The position numbers and the translations under genes were made by a program. DNA of 64,000 nucleotides from Podarcis liolepis (taxonomy: Eukaryota): NCBI GenBank assembly GCA_965112155.1, contig OZ218113.1; one strand, given 5' to 3'. Below the pieces are notes generated by a model. It made no database searches and was not told the origin of the DNA. It saw only the letters and a program-made list of their open reading frames with translations. Shown in pieces: positions 13,583-26,559 of this stretch. How positions within the stretch are numbered: the first letter of the stretch is position 1; each line of letters opens with the position of its first letter.

Positions 13583-15248
13583 TATACCGCTCTTCAACAG
13601 AAACACTCAGGCTGGGTTACAATAAAAGATTCATATATAGAGTTGCTTCAGGATGTCAGGCTGAGTATTTTTGTGAACTACAGGTTGAGTATTTATGTGA
13701 TTCTGAATAAAAGCCTTTAACTTTCACAGAACTACCTTGTGGTTTCTTTGAGTGATTTGGCAAGGATCCAAAAAGCTACTTGGGACACGCCCAGTCCAAT
13801 TGACACAGATTAAAGCTGTGTGTGTGTGCATGTGTGCGCACACATCTCCAGCTCAAGAGCCATGTAGCAAACTATTTTGAGATGCCTCTCAGTTTCTAAA
13901 GTGCTGGGCGGGGTGCGGTGGGTGGATCCCAATCTTCGTCTATTATATCAACCTGTGGTGGTGTTGGTACTTTCACTTATATGACATTTTATGAGTTCCT
14001 TTTGTGTCAAACACAACAACTTTGAAAATAAAACCCAGATATCACAGCAAAAGCAGCAATCAACATTTTTTTAATACAAACAATAGCATTCCAAATAACA
14101 TAGTAAAAACAAGAAAATTGCATTAACTTTGTTGTCTGAGTGGAAAACAAATTAAACAAACATTTCTGACAGCAAAATATAACCCAGGAAGTAGCTTGGT
14201 GGCTCTTACTCTACAAAGGACAGATAATTCTGTAGGCTATAGGCCACTCCAGAGAAGGCCTGCTTCCTAAAATTTATACACCTCTTGATTGTGAGAAAAC
14301 CTCTAAGTGGTTTTCAAAAAAGATAAAACAATAAAATTAGAAATAAAACAATAATCACACATGAGGCACAAATACCTTAGAAAATGTATATGCAGGAAAT
14401 GCATATGTAGATAATTGTGGTTGATCTGAAAACATAATCCTGAGTCTTGTGGTACACAATCCACAGCTTGACAAGCTACAATGGGCAGTGAGGGCAGTGT
14501 TCCGCTCCTGCAGTCAGCTTCTGACTTATGTTTGATGTAGGTTAGCAAAGCATCTGTTCTGCAGTTCAATCTCACTATGCAGCTCCATGCCTCCCTGCTT
14601 CTTGGTGTTCATCAGTCTCTTTCCCTGTCTGCCCTTTAGAATTTGCTGCTGCTTAGGTATGATTTTGGTACATAAATGGTGCAGTCAGAAAACTTTTCCT
14701 TTTCAGCCTACCCACCCCTTTTCCTCTTCACTGACAAAGATGGATAAAAGAACCCTTAACAACAACAAAAAATTCCCTTTCTCCTCACGGCCTTCCTGTG
14801 GTCCACACATTAGACCTAGGCTTAAGCTAGCTATTGTCAACTTGCCATCTATCCAAAAACCTCTTTCCTAAAGGAAGAATGTGTTAGTCAGTGTATAAAG
14901 TGTTAAGCTTTCCAAGTCCTAATGGACCATCAAAAGTCACCTCCATCTATATGAATCTACCTAACCCTTGAGATCTAGTGAGATTTTGCTGTGCGTTCTC
15001 CTTGTCAGTGGAAGAACGGTGGGTAAATATGAGAGAATGGCCTATTCTTTGGTGGCACAGAGACAGTGGAATGTCCTGTCTGGCCTCATTGCCTCTAACC
15101 TTTAAAAAATGATTAATATGTTTTCTGGCAGGCATTATCTGCTATACTGTTTTAATGCAGAGGTTTTACTGCTACTGTCTGTTGCAGACTGATTTGTTTT
15201 CTGTGATGGTTTTAAAATTGATTTTTGATACATTATGTTATTCTTACA

Positions 15249-15497
15249 CAGTGGTACCTTGGTTTTCGAACATAATCCGTTCCGGAAGTCCATTCGACTT
15301 CTAAAATGTTCGGAAACCAAGGTGCAGGCGCCCTAGAAACAATTGGTGCAGGCGCCCTAGAAACAATAGCTGACAGTCGCATCAGATGTTCGGCTTCCAA
15401 AAAGTGTTTGAAAACTGGAACACTTACTTCTGGGTTTTCGGCATTCGGGAGCTGGAATGTTCGAGTATCAAGGCGTTCAAGAACCAAGGTTCCATTG
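15249..15497. mobile_element. Tigger/pogo-like MITE
   Basis: cagtggtaccttggttttcgaac ... aagaaccaaggttccattg|TA; internal duplication of ggtgcaggcgccctagaaacaat. Confidence 0.85.
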
Positions 15498-18194
15498 TAT
15501 ACTACTTTGAATATATTGTTTATAAAATGGTGGAATTAAAAATGCTAAAAGTAAAACAGGATAGTTTGAAACTCAGTCACTTGCAGCACTTCCCACTCAG
15601 TTCTGTTTTTGTTAGCTTTTGCTGTTGAGTAACAGACACTATTCTGTAGCCCTTTGGCTTTTAAACTAATTTTATTAATTTTAAACACATCAAAAAACCT
15701 TAATGAAAAATACCTGTTGGGGATTCTGAAAGAAACTGTGTCTCCTTTAAGTGTGAGAACTTATTTATAGATTAACAACAGAATATATTGCATGTCCTGC
15801 TAAAAGAAAATAACACTGTTAATATTGACTCAACAAATAAGCAAATTAAAGGCCCTTCAATGTGATGGGAGACTTGAGGTTTTAAGATGAATATGGATTT
15901 TAGCTATCTGGTCTTATTTTTAGAAGAGAAGCCATAGAAACATCACTTGAAAGTTGAATTCACTTTGGATACAGACTGGAAAGAAGTCATACTTTAGTTC
16001 CCTTTTGCATAAAATTGGATGTAGGGAGGAGAAAGACGGCACATCTGTGTGGCCTGCATGAATCTTGTAGCCCTGAATTTCTGCTTTGCTCTCATTACCA
16101 CTGATAAATGGATATCATTAATTGGATATCAATGCTTCAGTTGATTAATCAGTAGATTAAAGTGTACATTCCTAAAAGATGCCTTACAGTAATTAACTGC
16201 ATCTTCTCAAGGGAAAGGCTAGTTGTCGGCTAACCTACACTTGACCTTGCTCTTAATTTAGATGAAAGCTTTGGGGACCAAAGTACAGTAGTAATTTCTG
16301 GGTGGAGTTGGAGCCACCCTGTACTGAGTTTCCGCCCTGTGTTCAAATCCTGCTGGCACTTGTCTGGATCTTACCAATTTGAGCTAGACATATTTGAATT
16401 TTCTGTCATAGCTGCATTCTTTCTTTGCACATCCTGCAAAAATGTCTGGGCTTTTATGTTGGACTATAAGTTTTTAACCTTGGTCACAATGAGCCCACCC
16501 CAGAAGTGTGGAAGAATTGACTTGAGCTATGTAACATTGAAGGAAGACCATTCAATACCAGTGGGAACTGTGAACTTTGTCTCAGGCAGTGAATGGGCAG
16601 AGTAATAGAAAGGGCTGCAAAAACCTGTGCTGTGGTGTTGAGGTTCCAAAGGGTAGTTTTGCAAAGGTGAAGGTGTTGATCTGTTGGCTCCAGTGGTGGT
16701 CCATCGATGAGGAAAATATGCTTCCACTCAGACTATATTTCAAGGATCCAGGTTTTTCAAAGCCAGGATTTGTCAAGACAATTCAATCCCAAGACAGTAT
16801 CAAGAGTTCAGGACCCAGGAAGAATTAGGTTGGCAGCTGGAGGAATTAAAACCTATTTCCAACCAAAATTTGTACAGCTATTCCTGATAATAGCATCTTT
16901 TCCACAGACTTGTTTTTATGTTCTGAAAACTCTGCTACACCATTGTCAGTATTGTTGACAAGGACTGCTTGTTGACAAGGAAGAATGGGGCAAATTCAAA
17001 ACGCCAGGAGAGAGTATATGCCTGCAGATTTAGTAATGACTGCATTAAAATAATGAAAACAAGAGCAACCATAACTTTAGCATCCAGGCATGGGAAACTT
17101 CCCTTCTAGTCTCGAGGTCAGAGATTCTGGGTTCCCTTAGGAGGAAGGTCAGAATAGAAATTGAATAAATAAAGTTCCTTTGCATAATATCCAAATGACT
17201 TAAACATGAATTTATCCAGGAAATAAACCTGTGAAAACAAGCTTCCTGCTGGTGAGCAATTAAATCTCATGAAGTTTTGAAATGTTGTGATGACATTTGT
17301 GTTCAAGTTCAGAACCCAGTTTCCTTCCTGTTCACGTGAGTTCTCTCCTTCTGTGTTGTGTGAGGTTGCATTTTAGACTCTCAGATTTGACCTCCACTTT
17401 CCCTGTAGTCATCTATGTCCTGAAGTAGCCACACGCAAATAACTTGATTAATTATTAATACTTTATGCATAAAACATCCAAACAAAATGTTGTACCATAT
17501 TTTAAACCTAGTATTACCATTTCAGAACCTCTAGGGTTAAGCAAGCGAGAAAGTTCTAAACAGATAAAAGGCTTATTATTGTAGAAATGTCAATAGTGCA
17601 ACAAGAGATTATCCTTTATATAACATTTCCAGCATGAATTCTTAGCTTCTGCTTACATTATTATATTAACTTTATAATCTTGACAAAATGGAAAGCTTTC
17701 TAGTACACATAGAAAGAGATGTGCATGTATGTGTTGAAAAAATGAAATGAAAAGGACTCATCCTCCTGGCAAGTGCCACTTGGAAATCTGTTTTCTGTGC
17801 CTCTTGGCATACTTGAAGCTAACAGTCTATCTCACTCAAGTTTCAATCTGAGCCAAATGGATTCAGATTGCCTACACATGGAGAATTCATGGTACGTAAA
17901 GGACAAAGTTGGTAGCATTGCCCTGTCTCCTAAGCTGCCTTGTGTTCCGGAAGGCTGGAAGAGTGTGCTGTTCTTGATCATTTTCTTAGTAGAAATATAC
18001 AGTAAAATACTGATTTCAACAGCCTTGTTTGGGGAGCTGGAAGTGGAGAGGAGAGACTGTTCCAGCTGCTTTATAGTTCAAGAAAGGGTAAACCTTGTGT
18101 CCTTTCACAATGGGCAAGTGTATTTATGTAAAAGTTTTTGTTTCAGGAGTTCCTGACCTATAATCTATGTTTTTTATTTCATTTTACTTGACAG

Positions 18195-18282
18195 ATTGTT
18201 CAGCTTGACCTTGAAAAAGTTAATCATGCTGAAAGAGATGGACAAAGATCTAAATTCTGTGGTGATTGCAGTGAAACTGCAG
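18195..18282 (+). CDS. PACS1: PACS1 exon 2 (88 nt; (R)[29 protein letters not shown])
   Basis: ttgacag| acceptor, |gtacgt donor; furin-binding-region (FBR) sequence. Confidence 0.95.
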
Positions 18283-18544
18283 GTACGTGTAATAAGGGAG
18301 CAAGGAATTTTTCAAACTGTATATTGGCCATAGCAATTGCAAGGCTTGCCAATTGTGTATAGCTCTGGAGAGACCCAGTTCCCTTTCTCCTGTTCTTGGG
18401 GTTGGGGTGGTGGTAGTGTTAAGCTTTTCCATTTTCCTGTGGAATGGGCAAAATGTCTGGCTTGGAGCATTGGACTCGCTAATTCATTATGTGGAACTTC
18501 ATGTTCAAATTTAACCTACTGTGCCTAGCCTAGCATCCTAGCCC

Positions 18545-18705
18545 TATATACCCGAAGGAGCGTCTCCACCCCCATCATTCAGCTCAGACACTGAGATCTA
18601 GCTCGGAGGGCCTTCTGGCGGGTCCCTCACTGCAAGAAGTGCAGTTACAGAGATCCAAGCAGAGGGCTTCTTTGGTAGTAGCACCCACCCTGAGGAATGC
18701 CTGAA
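18545..18705 (+). mobile_element. L2-clade LINE fragment in intron 2
   Basis: gaaggagcgtctccacccccatc...gagggccttctggcgg, typical of lacertid L2 ORF2 3' region. Confidence 0.65.
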
Positions 18706-18870
18706 AATGGCTCTGAAAATAGACCAATTCCCTGGATTGATTAAAAAATTAGTACATACTGTATTAGTGTTCTTGTGCCAGTTTCTTCAGTATGTTGTTT
18801 GGGGCTCAAGTATCCCCATGTTGAAGACTGAAAACAATGATGCACGCCTCTTGTTCTGTGTGAGTTGCAG

Positions 18871-18960
18871 GGTTCAAAAAGGATTCTGAGGTCCAACGAG
18901 ATTGTCTTACCTGTCAGTGGACTTGTGGAAACGGAGCTTCAGTTGACTTTCTCCTTGCAG
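18871..18960 (+). CDS. PACS1: PACS1 exon 3 (90 nt; [30 protein letters not shown])
   Basis: ttgcag| and |gtaaat; contains the ETELQLTF adaptor (AP-1) binding motif. Confidence 0.96.
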
Positions 18961-19230
18961 GTAAATACAGTCTAACTAAATTAATGGGGGTGCATAGAGG
19001 GGAGGGATGCTGGGGGAAGGAAGGGATAGAAGACCCTTTCTCCATAAACTTCATCAACATACCTTAGGATCTTTCTCTAATACTGTACTCAACACAAATA
19101 TCTCACAAGAAATGTAAGTGATTTGTTAGAAAGATTGTACAACCTGAAAAAAGCGAGAAGGCATGTACGTTTGTGAACCAAGAAAATCTTTATTAAAAAA
19201 AACTTTTTAAAACATACCTTATCATCTAAT

Positions 19231-19304
19231 CCTTAGTCTTTAAGGTGCCACAAAACTTCTGTTGTTTTTAATGTAATAGGTTTAACATGGCTACTCCTTT
19301 GGAA
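19231..19304 (+). mobile_element. Penelope-like terminal repeat remnant
   Basis: ttagtctttaaggtgccaca...aacatggctact motif typical of reptile Penelope ends. Confidence 0.6.
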
Positions 19305-20034
19305 GTAGCATAGTGTTAGTGTGCTTCAGATTTTCTAAACAAGAAGCTTAATAACTTTTCAGTGGTTTGGGGATATTTGAAGAGAGATTGCTGTGAAATT
19401 TCAAATCTCGTTACACCCACACACAATGTCACACTCTTACTGCTGTGTGCCTAGCATGATAGCTTTTCAGATTGAGAATGTGAGGCTTATGCAATGTGTC
19501 AAAGATAGCTTTCCACTGGATTTCTCTTCTGTGCTCCTTTTCTTCAGGGAAAATGCTCAACTTCTTTTTCTCCCTTTCATGCTACATAAATAGCCATTTC
19601 TCAGCACATGGTGTTAAAAAGCATTGGACCTGTAGAGAACTGTAAAATGTATGCAATCTGTATTAAACTGTTCAGCTTCACTGCTGTTTACGGGGTGAAT
19701 TACATTCTTGAAGCATCTGAAGTGTTTATCTAAGATGGGACAGAGAGGATTTATATGTTATCCTCTTCTCCTTGCTAGTAAAATCCAGTGCAATCACAAA
19801 GCCAGGAGGTGATGAATCTGGGTGTTTGGGGGATGGTGATGTGCAATTTGTTTTAACGAGTTTTCTTCCAGAATAGTTCAGACATTACCTCTTCCTGAAC
19901 CAGCTGTCTTGCATGGGGAAGTAAGCTTTTGACTTGCACAGTTGTTGGATCCATTTTTAGACCATGTCCTTTATATTGAAGTGGCAACCATTTTTGGAAC
20001 ATCATTCCTGACTCTAAGAAATGGCAGGCAACTA

Positions 20035-20286
20035 CAGTGGTGCCTTGCAAGACGAAAATAATTCGTTCCGCGAGTCTTTTCGTCTTGCGATGTTTTTCGT
20101 CTTGCGAAGCACGGTCCGTCGCAACTGCGCCTCTTCAAGCGGCTTTTAAAAAAAAGCGCAAGACGTTTTCGTCCTGCGAAGCAAGCCCATAGGGAAATCC
20201 GTCTAGCGAAGCAACGCAAAACCGAAAAACCCTTTCGTCTAGCGAGTTTTTCGTCTTGGAGGCATTCGTCTTGCGGGGTACCACTG
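20035..20286. mobile_element. Tigger/pogo-like MITE (CpG-rich, young)
   Basis: TA|cagtggtgccttgcaagacg ... cgtcttgcggggtaccactg|TA; same family as 30963-31307, opposite orientation. Confidence 0.9.
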
Positions 20287-20858
20287 TATACAATGGGACA
20301 TTTCCTCACACTTTAAAATCCTTTTGAAGGCATGAATTGAATGGAATATATTGATTGGGCCATTTGAAACGGTTTCCTAATCATCTGGAGAGTATTTTAG
20401 CTAATAAAGATTATGAGTTTTGGGAAAGTTACGTGGGGCCAGCTGGCTGATAGTACTGCTTTGAAGCTTACTGTCTTGACCATCTTGATATGCTGTCAAT
20501 ATAATAGCATTTATAGAGAAACCAGAGATTGGAACTGAGGGAAGTTGGGAGGGCGGGGAGGGTGGGTTGTTTTATGGGAGGGGGAGGGGAAAAATGGGGG
20601 GAGGATTAAGGATGATATGATTTAAGATAGTATGTTTTGTTTAAATTCCTAATAATTTTTTTTTTAAAAAAGATATGCTGTTAATAGCTACAGATTAGTA
20701 TTGAGCGATCTATAACCTGAAGACTTACAATTCTTGTACTAAAGTTGGTTCAAGAAAACATTACACTCAGCCTGATCTCCTTCTATCGGGACTTAACTGC
20801 TGTACAAGTTTGGTCTGCAACTTATTTACATGCCATTTCCTTTGGGTTCCTCTTGCAG

Positions 20859-20984
20859 TATCCCCACTTCCTGAAGCGAGATGCCAACAAGCTGCAGATC
20901 ATGTTGCAGCGAAGGAAACGGTACAAAAACAGGACCATTTTGGGCTACAAAACTCTAGCTGTTGGCCTTATTAACATGGCTGAG
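20859..20984 (+). CDS. PACS1: PACS1 exon 4 (126 nt; [42 protein letters not shown])
   Basis: ttgcag| and |gtaagg; RRKRY CK2-binding motif and the Arg equivalent to human R203. Confidence 0.97.
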
Positions 20985-21159
20985 GTAAGGGAAGTTGAGA
21001 GAACTGGTTTTATTGAGAAAAATAATAGATGTTGATTATACCTCCTAGTTGGATCATGTTTCTTGGGAAAGCACACTACATTTTTTGAAGGGGACTTAAA
21101 AAGTGAGCACCTCCCCACCACCACTACAGTGTGAGAATTGATTTGGGGAAGTGCAGGCT

Positions 21160-21325
21160 TGGACAGTGAGGTTTTGCATGCAGGAAGGTCCCAGGTTCAA
21201 GCCTCAGCATCTCTGGGTAGAGCTAGGAGGGACTTCTGTCTGAAATCACTATTAATTAGTGTAGACAGTACTGAGCTAAACTGACCAAGTAGCCTGACTT
21301 GGTGTAAGGCAGCTTCCTATATTCT
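21160..21325 (+). mobile_element. Old tRNA-derived SINE
   Basis: ttgcatgcaggaaggtcccaggttcaa (B box) ... gtgtagacagtactgagcta ... aaggcagcttccta; relatives at ~22762-22970, 28885-29048, 53365-53525. Confidence 0.7.
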
Positions 21326-21799
21326 TATATATTTCCCTCCACAAAAGTTGTGGCACTATAAACAGATATTTGGAGAAGCAAAGAGAGGTAAATTTGTTTC
21401 ATGGTGTTTGGGTAGGAATGCAAAAGGTTTCATCAAATTAAGTTCAGTCGCTAGCAATGCTGTGCCAAATGTAGGTTGGAGACATTTGCATCCATAGCAC
21501 TGCCTATCTTCTCCCTTCCATCATCACTATTTTGTATGTTTAGCCCCCTTTACAGGAATGAGCTTTCCCAGTTGGTTGAGCTTTTTGTCTTAGGCTCACA
21601 TTGGTGTGTGCTTCACATTCCTTCCTGTAACAATCTCTTTTCTTTAGTAGATTGACTTACATAATTGCCTGCTGTGCGTTTTAGTTTTGCGATTTGCAGA
21701 AAACCTAATCAGATCATCTAGCCACTTTGCTATTGCTGTTTGCTCTGTATTTAAGCTTTCTGGCTGCATTCCTGAAATTGTACTGTTTTTCTTCTCCAG

Positions 21800-21944
21800 G
21801 TTATGCAGCATCCAAGTGAAGGAGCCCTGGTGCTGGGACTCCACAGTAACGTGAAAGATGTTTCTGTCCCTGTTGCTGAAATTAAAATCTATTCCCTGTC
21901 CAGCCAACCAATAGACCATGAAGGACTAAAATCAAAATTATCTG
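21800..21944 (+). CDS. PACS1: PACS1 exon 5 (145 nt; [48 protein letters not shown])
   Basis: ctccag| and |gtaaga; frame continuity. Confidence 0.96.
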
Positions 21945-22761
21945 GTAAGAATGTTTGTAAGACCTTAATTTCTGGATTTTGAGCAGTCCCAGTAGTTGAC
22001 ATGTACTAATGCAGGACACAGTCCTCAAACAGTTGTCAAAGTTTCATTTCATTTCTTTCACTTTTAATTTGTATACTACCATTCTGTATAATTTAATTTC
22101 TATACCACCCTTCATCCGAGGATCATGGAGCAGTTTACAATATAAAAACACCATGGGAAACTCCAGGTCTTAGATGCAGGAAGGTTCTCTGCCCAGACTT
22201 CTACCCCTGTATCTTGCTTTCTGCTTCTGATTCCCTGGTGCAATTGCTTTGCTTCCCTTGGATATTTGCATTGAACCAAGAGTGAGCAACCATTTTTCCA
22301 TGGCCATCTTAACAACCTTTTCTCAACAGAAGCAAACCAAAACATATCTGCAGTATTTGGACTGAAATATGATTCATCATTTTTTCACAAGAAATTTGTT
22401 GTATGCTGCATCTTTGAGTATGCACCTTTGGTTTCCACAGCACCCAAATGTTTAGGGTGTCTTTTGTAGTGGAGCAGGAGAAGGGGATGGGACACATAAA
22501 GTATCTGTTATTACAGAGAGGACTCACAATATTCTCTAAGAGCTGAAATTCCCACAGTTCCTTGTGTTGGGGAGGGAGACCATGCCTATTAAACCACTTT
22601 AGGTTGGGAGTGATAAATGTGGCCCAAATGAAATTATAAATCTGTGACTTTCCAAAATACAGTTGGCTTATTCTGCCCATGTGCAGAGTTATATAGCTGC
22701 CATGCCAGTCAAAGCTGCATTCTACTCTGTTGGTTTTCCCCTCTTGTCTTGTGCTGATTGG

Positions 22762-22970
22762 CTAAGCCATAGCTCAGTGGCTGAGGGCTGCCTTTGCATG
22801 CAGAAAATCTTAGATTGAATCTATGGCACCACCAGTTGAAAAGACATCTGGTAGCAGGACTAGGGAAAGCCTGTGGCTGAGATCTTAGTGATTTGCTGCC
22901 AGTCAGTGGGCTGCCAATCAGAGTGAGCAGCACTGGGCTGACTTGGTTATAAGTCAACTTCGTATGTTCT
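22762..22970 (+). mobile_element. Old tRNA-derived SINE
   Basis: gccatagctcagtgg A box; family match to the 21160 copy. Confidence 0.6.
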
Positions 22971-23322
22971 CCAGTGCATACATGTATCCATACAAAGCAG
23001 AGGAAATCTTGTGTTGGATTCCCTGCTGTGGTTGATTTTGTCCTAGTGCCAATAATATGGATGCTTGAGGCACAGTGAAAGCAAAGGAGTGCTTGTAGCA
23101 GCAGGCTTACAGCTGGTGCTTGGCAGCCTGTGGTGTGCTCAGTTGTTAGTCTTAAAGTGTGCAATTTTTCAGGAGAGCAATCCCAATGCTTTTTGGATCT
23201 AGTACAGTAATGTCCACTCTTGCTGTGTCTTGTTTTGACAATCCAACCTAATTCCTTCAAACACTGCTATATTTAGCCTTCTGTCTTGGATTTTTCTGCT
23301 TTATGCTACTCCCTCCTGGATG

Positions 23323-23357
23323 GCTGCCTAGGCAATAAATCTGGTTGCTAAGGAAAC
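23323..23357. promoter_or_regulatory. Tandem RFX X-box-like motifs in intron 5
   Basis: GCTGCCTAGGCAAT (23323-23336) and GTTGCTAAGGAAAC (23344-23357). Confidence 0.45.
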
Positions 23358-23717
23358 TGATGGAGATGTAGACTCTGTGCTGGATTTATTCTAATATTTG
23401 GGTTTATTACCAGCAATGTTGTGAGTGACCGGATGCGAGGGAAAGCTGGGAACTGAGATGAAGTCATTACACTAGGCTCCAGTGTTATTAGTGCCTTTAT
23501 CTGAGAATAATGGAAATGGGTTCACTTAGTTGCATAGTGTCAGAGTTTTAATCTAAAAATGATCTTAGACTCTTTATAGTGGAGAAAGACGCAAGATACA
23601 GTAAACTAATATCCACTGTTAAATGGATATAATAGATGGGGACAGCTTTTTAAAAATTACATTTGTGTATTGTTCTTGAGGGTGGCATGCCTGTGTATCT
23701 TTGGTGGTGGTGAGGTA

Positions 23718-24091
23718 CCAGATTGGCCTGAATATAAGCCGCACTTTCCCCCAAAATTCTGAACATGAAAAGTTGAAGTGCGGCTTTCATTTGCGACCTT
23801 ACGGTATGCGGCCAGGAGCACAGGGCAAACCGTGGCAGGAGCGTGGTGAAGTCGTGCCTGCCTTGCGCGTAGTACCCCACTCTCTCCCCCAAGGCTGGGA
23901 AGGGAGACAGCGAGGAAGGGGAAAGGCTGCCGACAATGCTGCGCATGCACACACACCCAGCATGCAGCCAGGAACAGCAAGAAATAGAGCGGCTTATATC
24001 CGGGGTGTGTGTGTCATTTTCCCCCCTCCCCCCCATCAATTTTAAAGGTGCAGCTTATATTCGGGTGCAGCTTATATTCGGGCCAATACGG
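23718..24091. mobile_element. Tc1/mariner (Tc2-like) MITE
   Basis: TA|ccagattggcctgaatataagccgcac ... gcagcttatattcgggccaatacgg|TA. Confidence 0.85.
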
Positions 24092-26123
24092 TATTGTGAT
24101 ATTTACCCTTGCAACCAATTTGTGAGTTAGGCTAAGTAGAGAATGAGTGAGTGAGTGATTGGCCCAAGGTTTCCCCAGTGGGCTACTTGATTGAGTAAGG
24201 ATTTGAACCCAGATCTCTGCAAACCCAGCCCAGTATTCTTTCTATTTCATATAGGCCATCTTCAGTGAGAATGATGCTGATGGGGTTGGATTTGGGCACA
24301 ATTGTCCTTTTCGTCTGCATTTGTGAGACTTAAAGCCTGTCATTCAGATACTGTTCACTAATCAGGATTCAAGCTTGGTTAAAAGCAACACCTACTGCCA
24401 GACTTGGGGATAGACTTTGGTGACTTAGGTCTGAGTTGAAGGGGCAGCAGTCAAGCAGATTCAAAGTCCTGCTTTAAGCCCGTGTGTTAGATGGTATCCC
24501 ACTAAGGCCAGCATAATATACTTCCATTTCCTAATCCCTACTGAATGTAGCAGACGAGCAAGTTCAAATTGTAAAACTCATTCAGATAGCTGAAGTCACT
24601 TGAATGGCACATGGACACACTGAAAAGAGAGGGGGATCTGCTTTTGTCAGGCTCACCATAAAAGCAGATTTCATTTGTGAAATGTCTGCCTAAATAATGG
24701 CTCTAGCCTATGTTTATAGTCTCTTTAATTACTTCCCCTAAATATCTGGGAAATGTTTGCTGTTGGTGACTGTGTATTAGGCTTGATGAAGCATTTGGCT
24801 GATTGGAGAGGACAGTTGTGAATCTTGAATTGTGCTGTTTTGCTGGTAAGCCCCATCCTCAAGAATGAATGATTAGCTGTCAGTGTGAATGAGAAATATC
24901 AAGTTTGAGGTCACCCATGGGGGCTATGCAGATGCAATGATTTTCATAGCTACTTATGCTGTCTGGTCCGACTTGGATTGACCCTTTGGATGAATATTTA
25001 AATGCAGATCCCTCCGGTTGCTTTATTTCCCTGATATGATACAGAAATATCATGTTCTTCAGTTATGATTCAAAAGGCTCATATTGGCTTGATTTGAAGG
25101 ACACAGTAAGCCATAGTAGGAAACAAGCTAAGGCTTCCTGCCAACAAGCAGCATGCTAGTGCAAACTCCTCAGTTATCCCCATTTTGCTCTGCCCCGCCT
25201 AGAGCTGAAAAACAAATGCTAGAGCAACTGGCTTAGTATTACATGTGGCCCAGTACTCATCATTCATATTTTCTCTAAGCAAACCATGAGTTGAAGCTGC
25301 TTGTTTGTGGAGTTCCTAACTATAGCTGTCAAGTACTAATGGGGCGATTTTATTTATTACTGGCTCACCTAATGTGTTTGTTGTATTTCTGGGACTCTGT
25401 GAATGTTAAAATTGTTGGCATTCCTGACAGTTCAAAAATTAAGATCTAATCTAGTCTGCACAAGCAGTCTAGTGAGGTGATAGGATCCTGAAGTAACAAG
25501 GGTAGATTGTTTGCTTAATTTGGAGAGCATAAAGGGGGGGCGTTCTCTCACCTGCTATCTGAGTTGATAACAAACAGTGCCCTCCTCCCTGCAAGTGGAA
25601 AAACAAAACTGGTAGAGAGAGATTCATCCAGCTCACTCCCTGTTTAGTTAGTTTTCTATTTGTTTTATGCTTTCTGCCTTGGGAGGACTTTGCACAGAAA
25701 GGCAGCATGCACATATTGAAATAAACTTTTTAAGTACTTGGATTTTTTTTATATGAGAAGAATTTTTAAAAAGGGATATATCTCACCTGCACCCTGAAGT
25801 GGTACACCTTGGGACTCTACCACTTTATTGTGCTGTATGCAGGAAACACTTTACTAATCCACCATGAGACTCCTAGAACTGATTTTCATGACATGTATAG
25901 TCAGTAAGACAAGACGACCAACGAAAAGTGGGAGGAAGTTACATATTCTGATGGAGCACAACATGCTGGCCACTCAACAACCAGCTGCCTTTTTGCTTTA
26001 CATTCTGCTGAATTTGCATGACCTTTGTCCCTTGAACCTTCACACTGGGGCAGCCTTGACTCCAATTTGCGTATGAAAATATATTCAGTTTATTTGCAAG
26101 TTTGGCAAGTTGGCATTTCTTAA

Positions 26124-26306
<183 letters not shown>

Positions 26307-26559
26307 TAAAGGAACTTGGGAACTCTGACACCTGTTCACAGATGATTACACCATAGTTCCTGTGTACTACTTCCCTCTCCAATATCCCTTATTGCATTAG
26401 ATTCATTTTAACCTTTTCTAGTTGTTTATTAAAGCTGAGTTGGAAACCCGAGGAGGAGCCAGGTGAGCCCTCTAAAAATAGTTGCTCACCAAATCCTGAT
26501 GTAAGCTGATTAGAAAGAACAAAGTGTAGCAGAAAAGAGTTCATGGGAGTTGGCTGTAT

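Noticed and set aside
1-18000. Scattered strong donor-like sites in intron 1 (e.g. ATG|GTAAGG at 2101) as alternative first exons
   Set aside because: No CpG island, matched acceptor or recognisable coding sequence supports them
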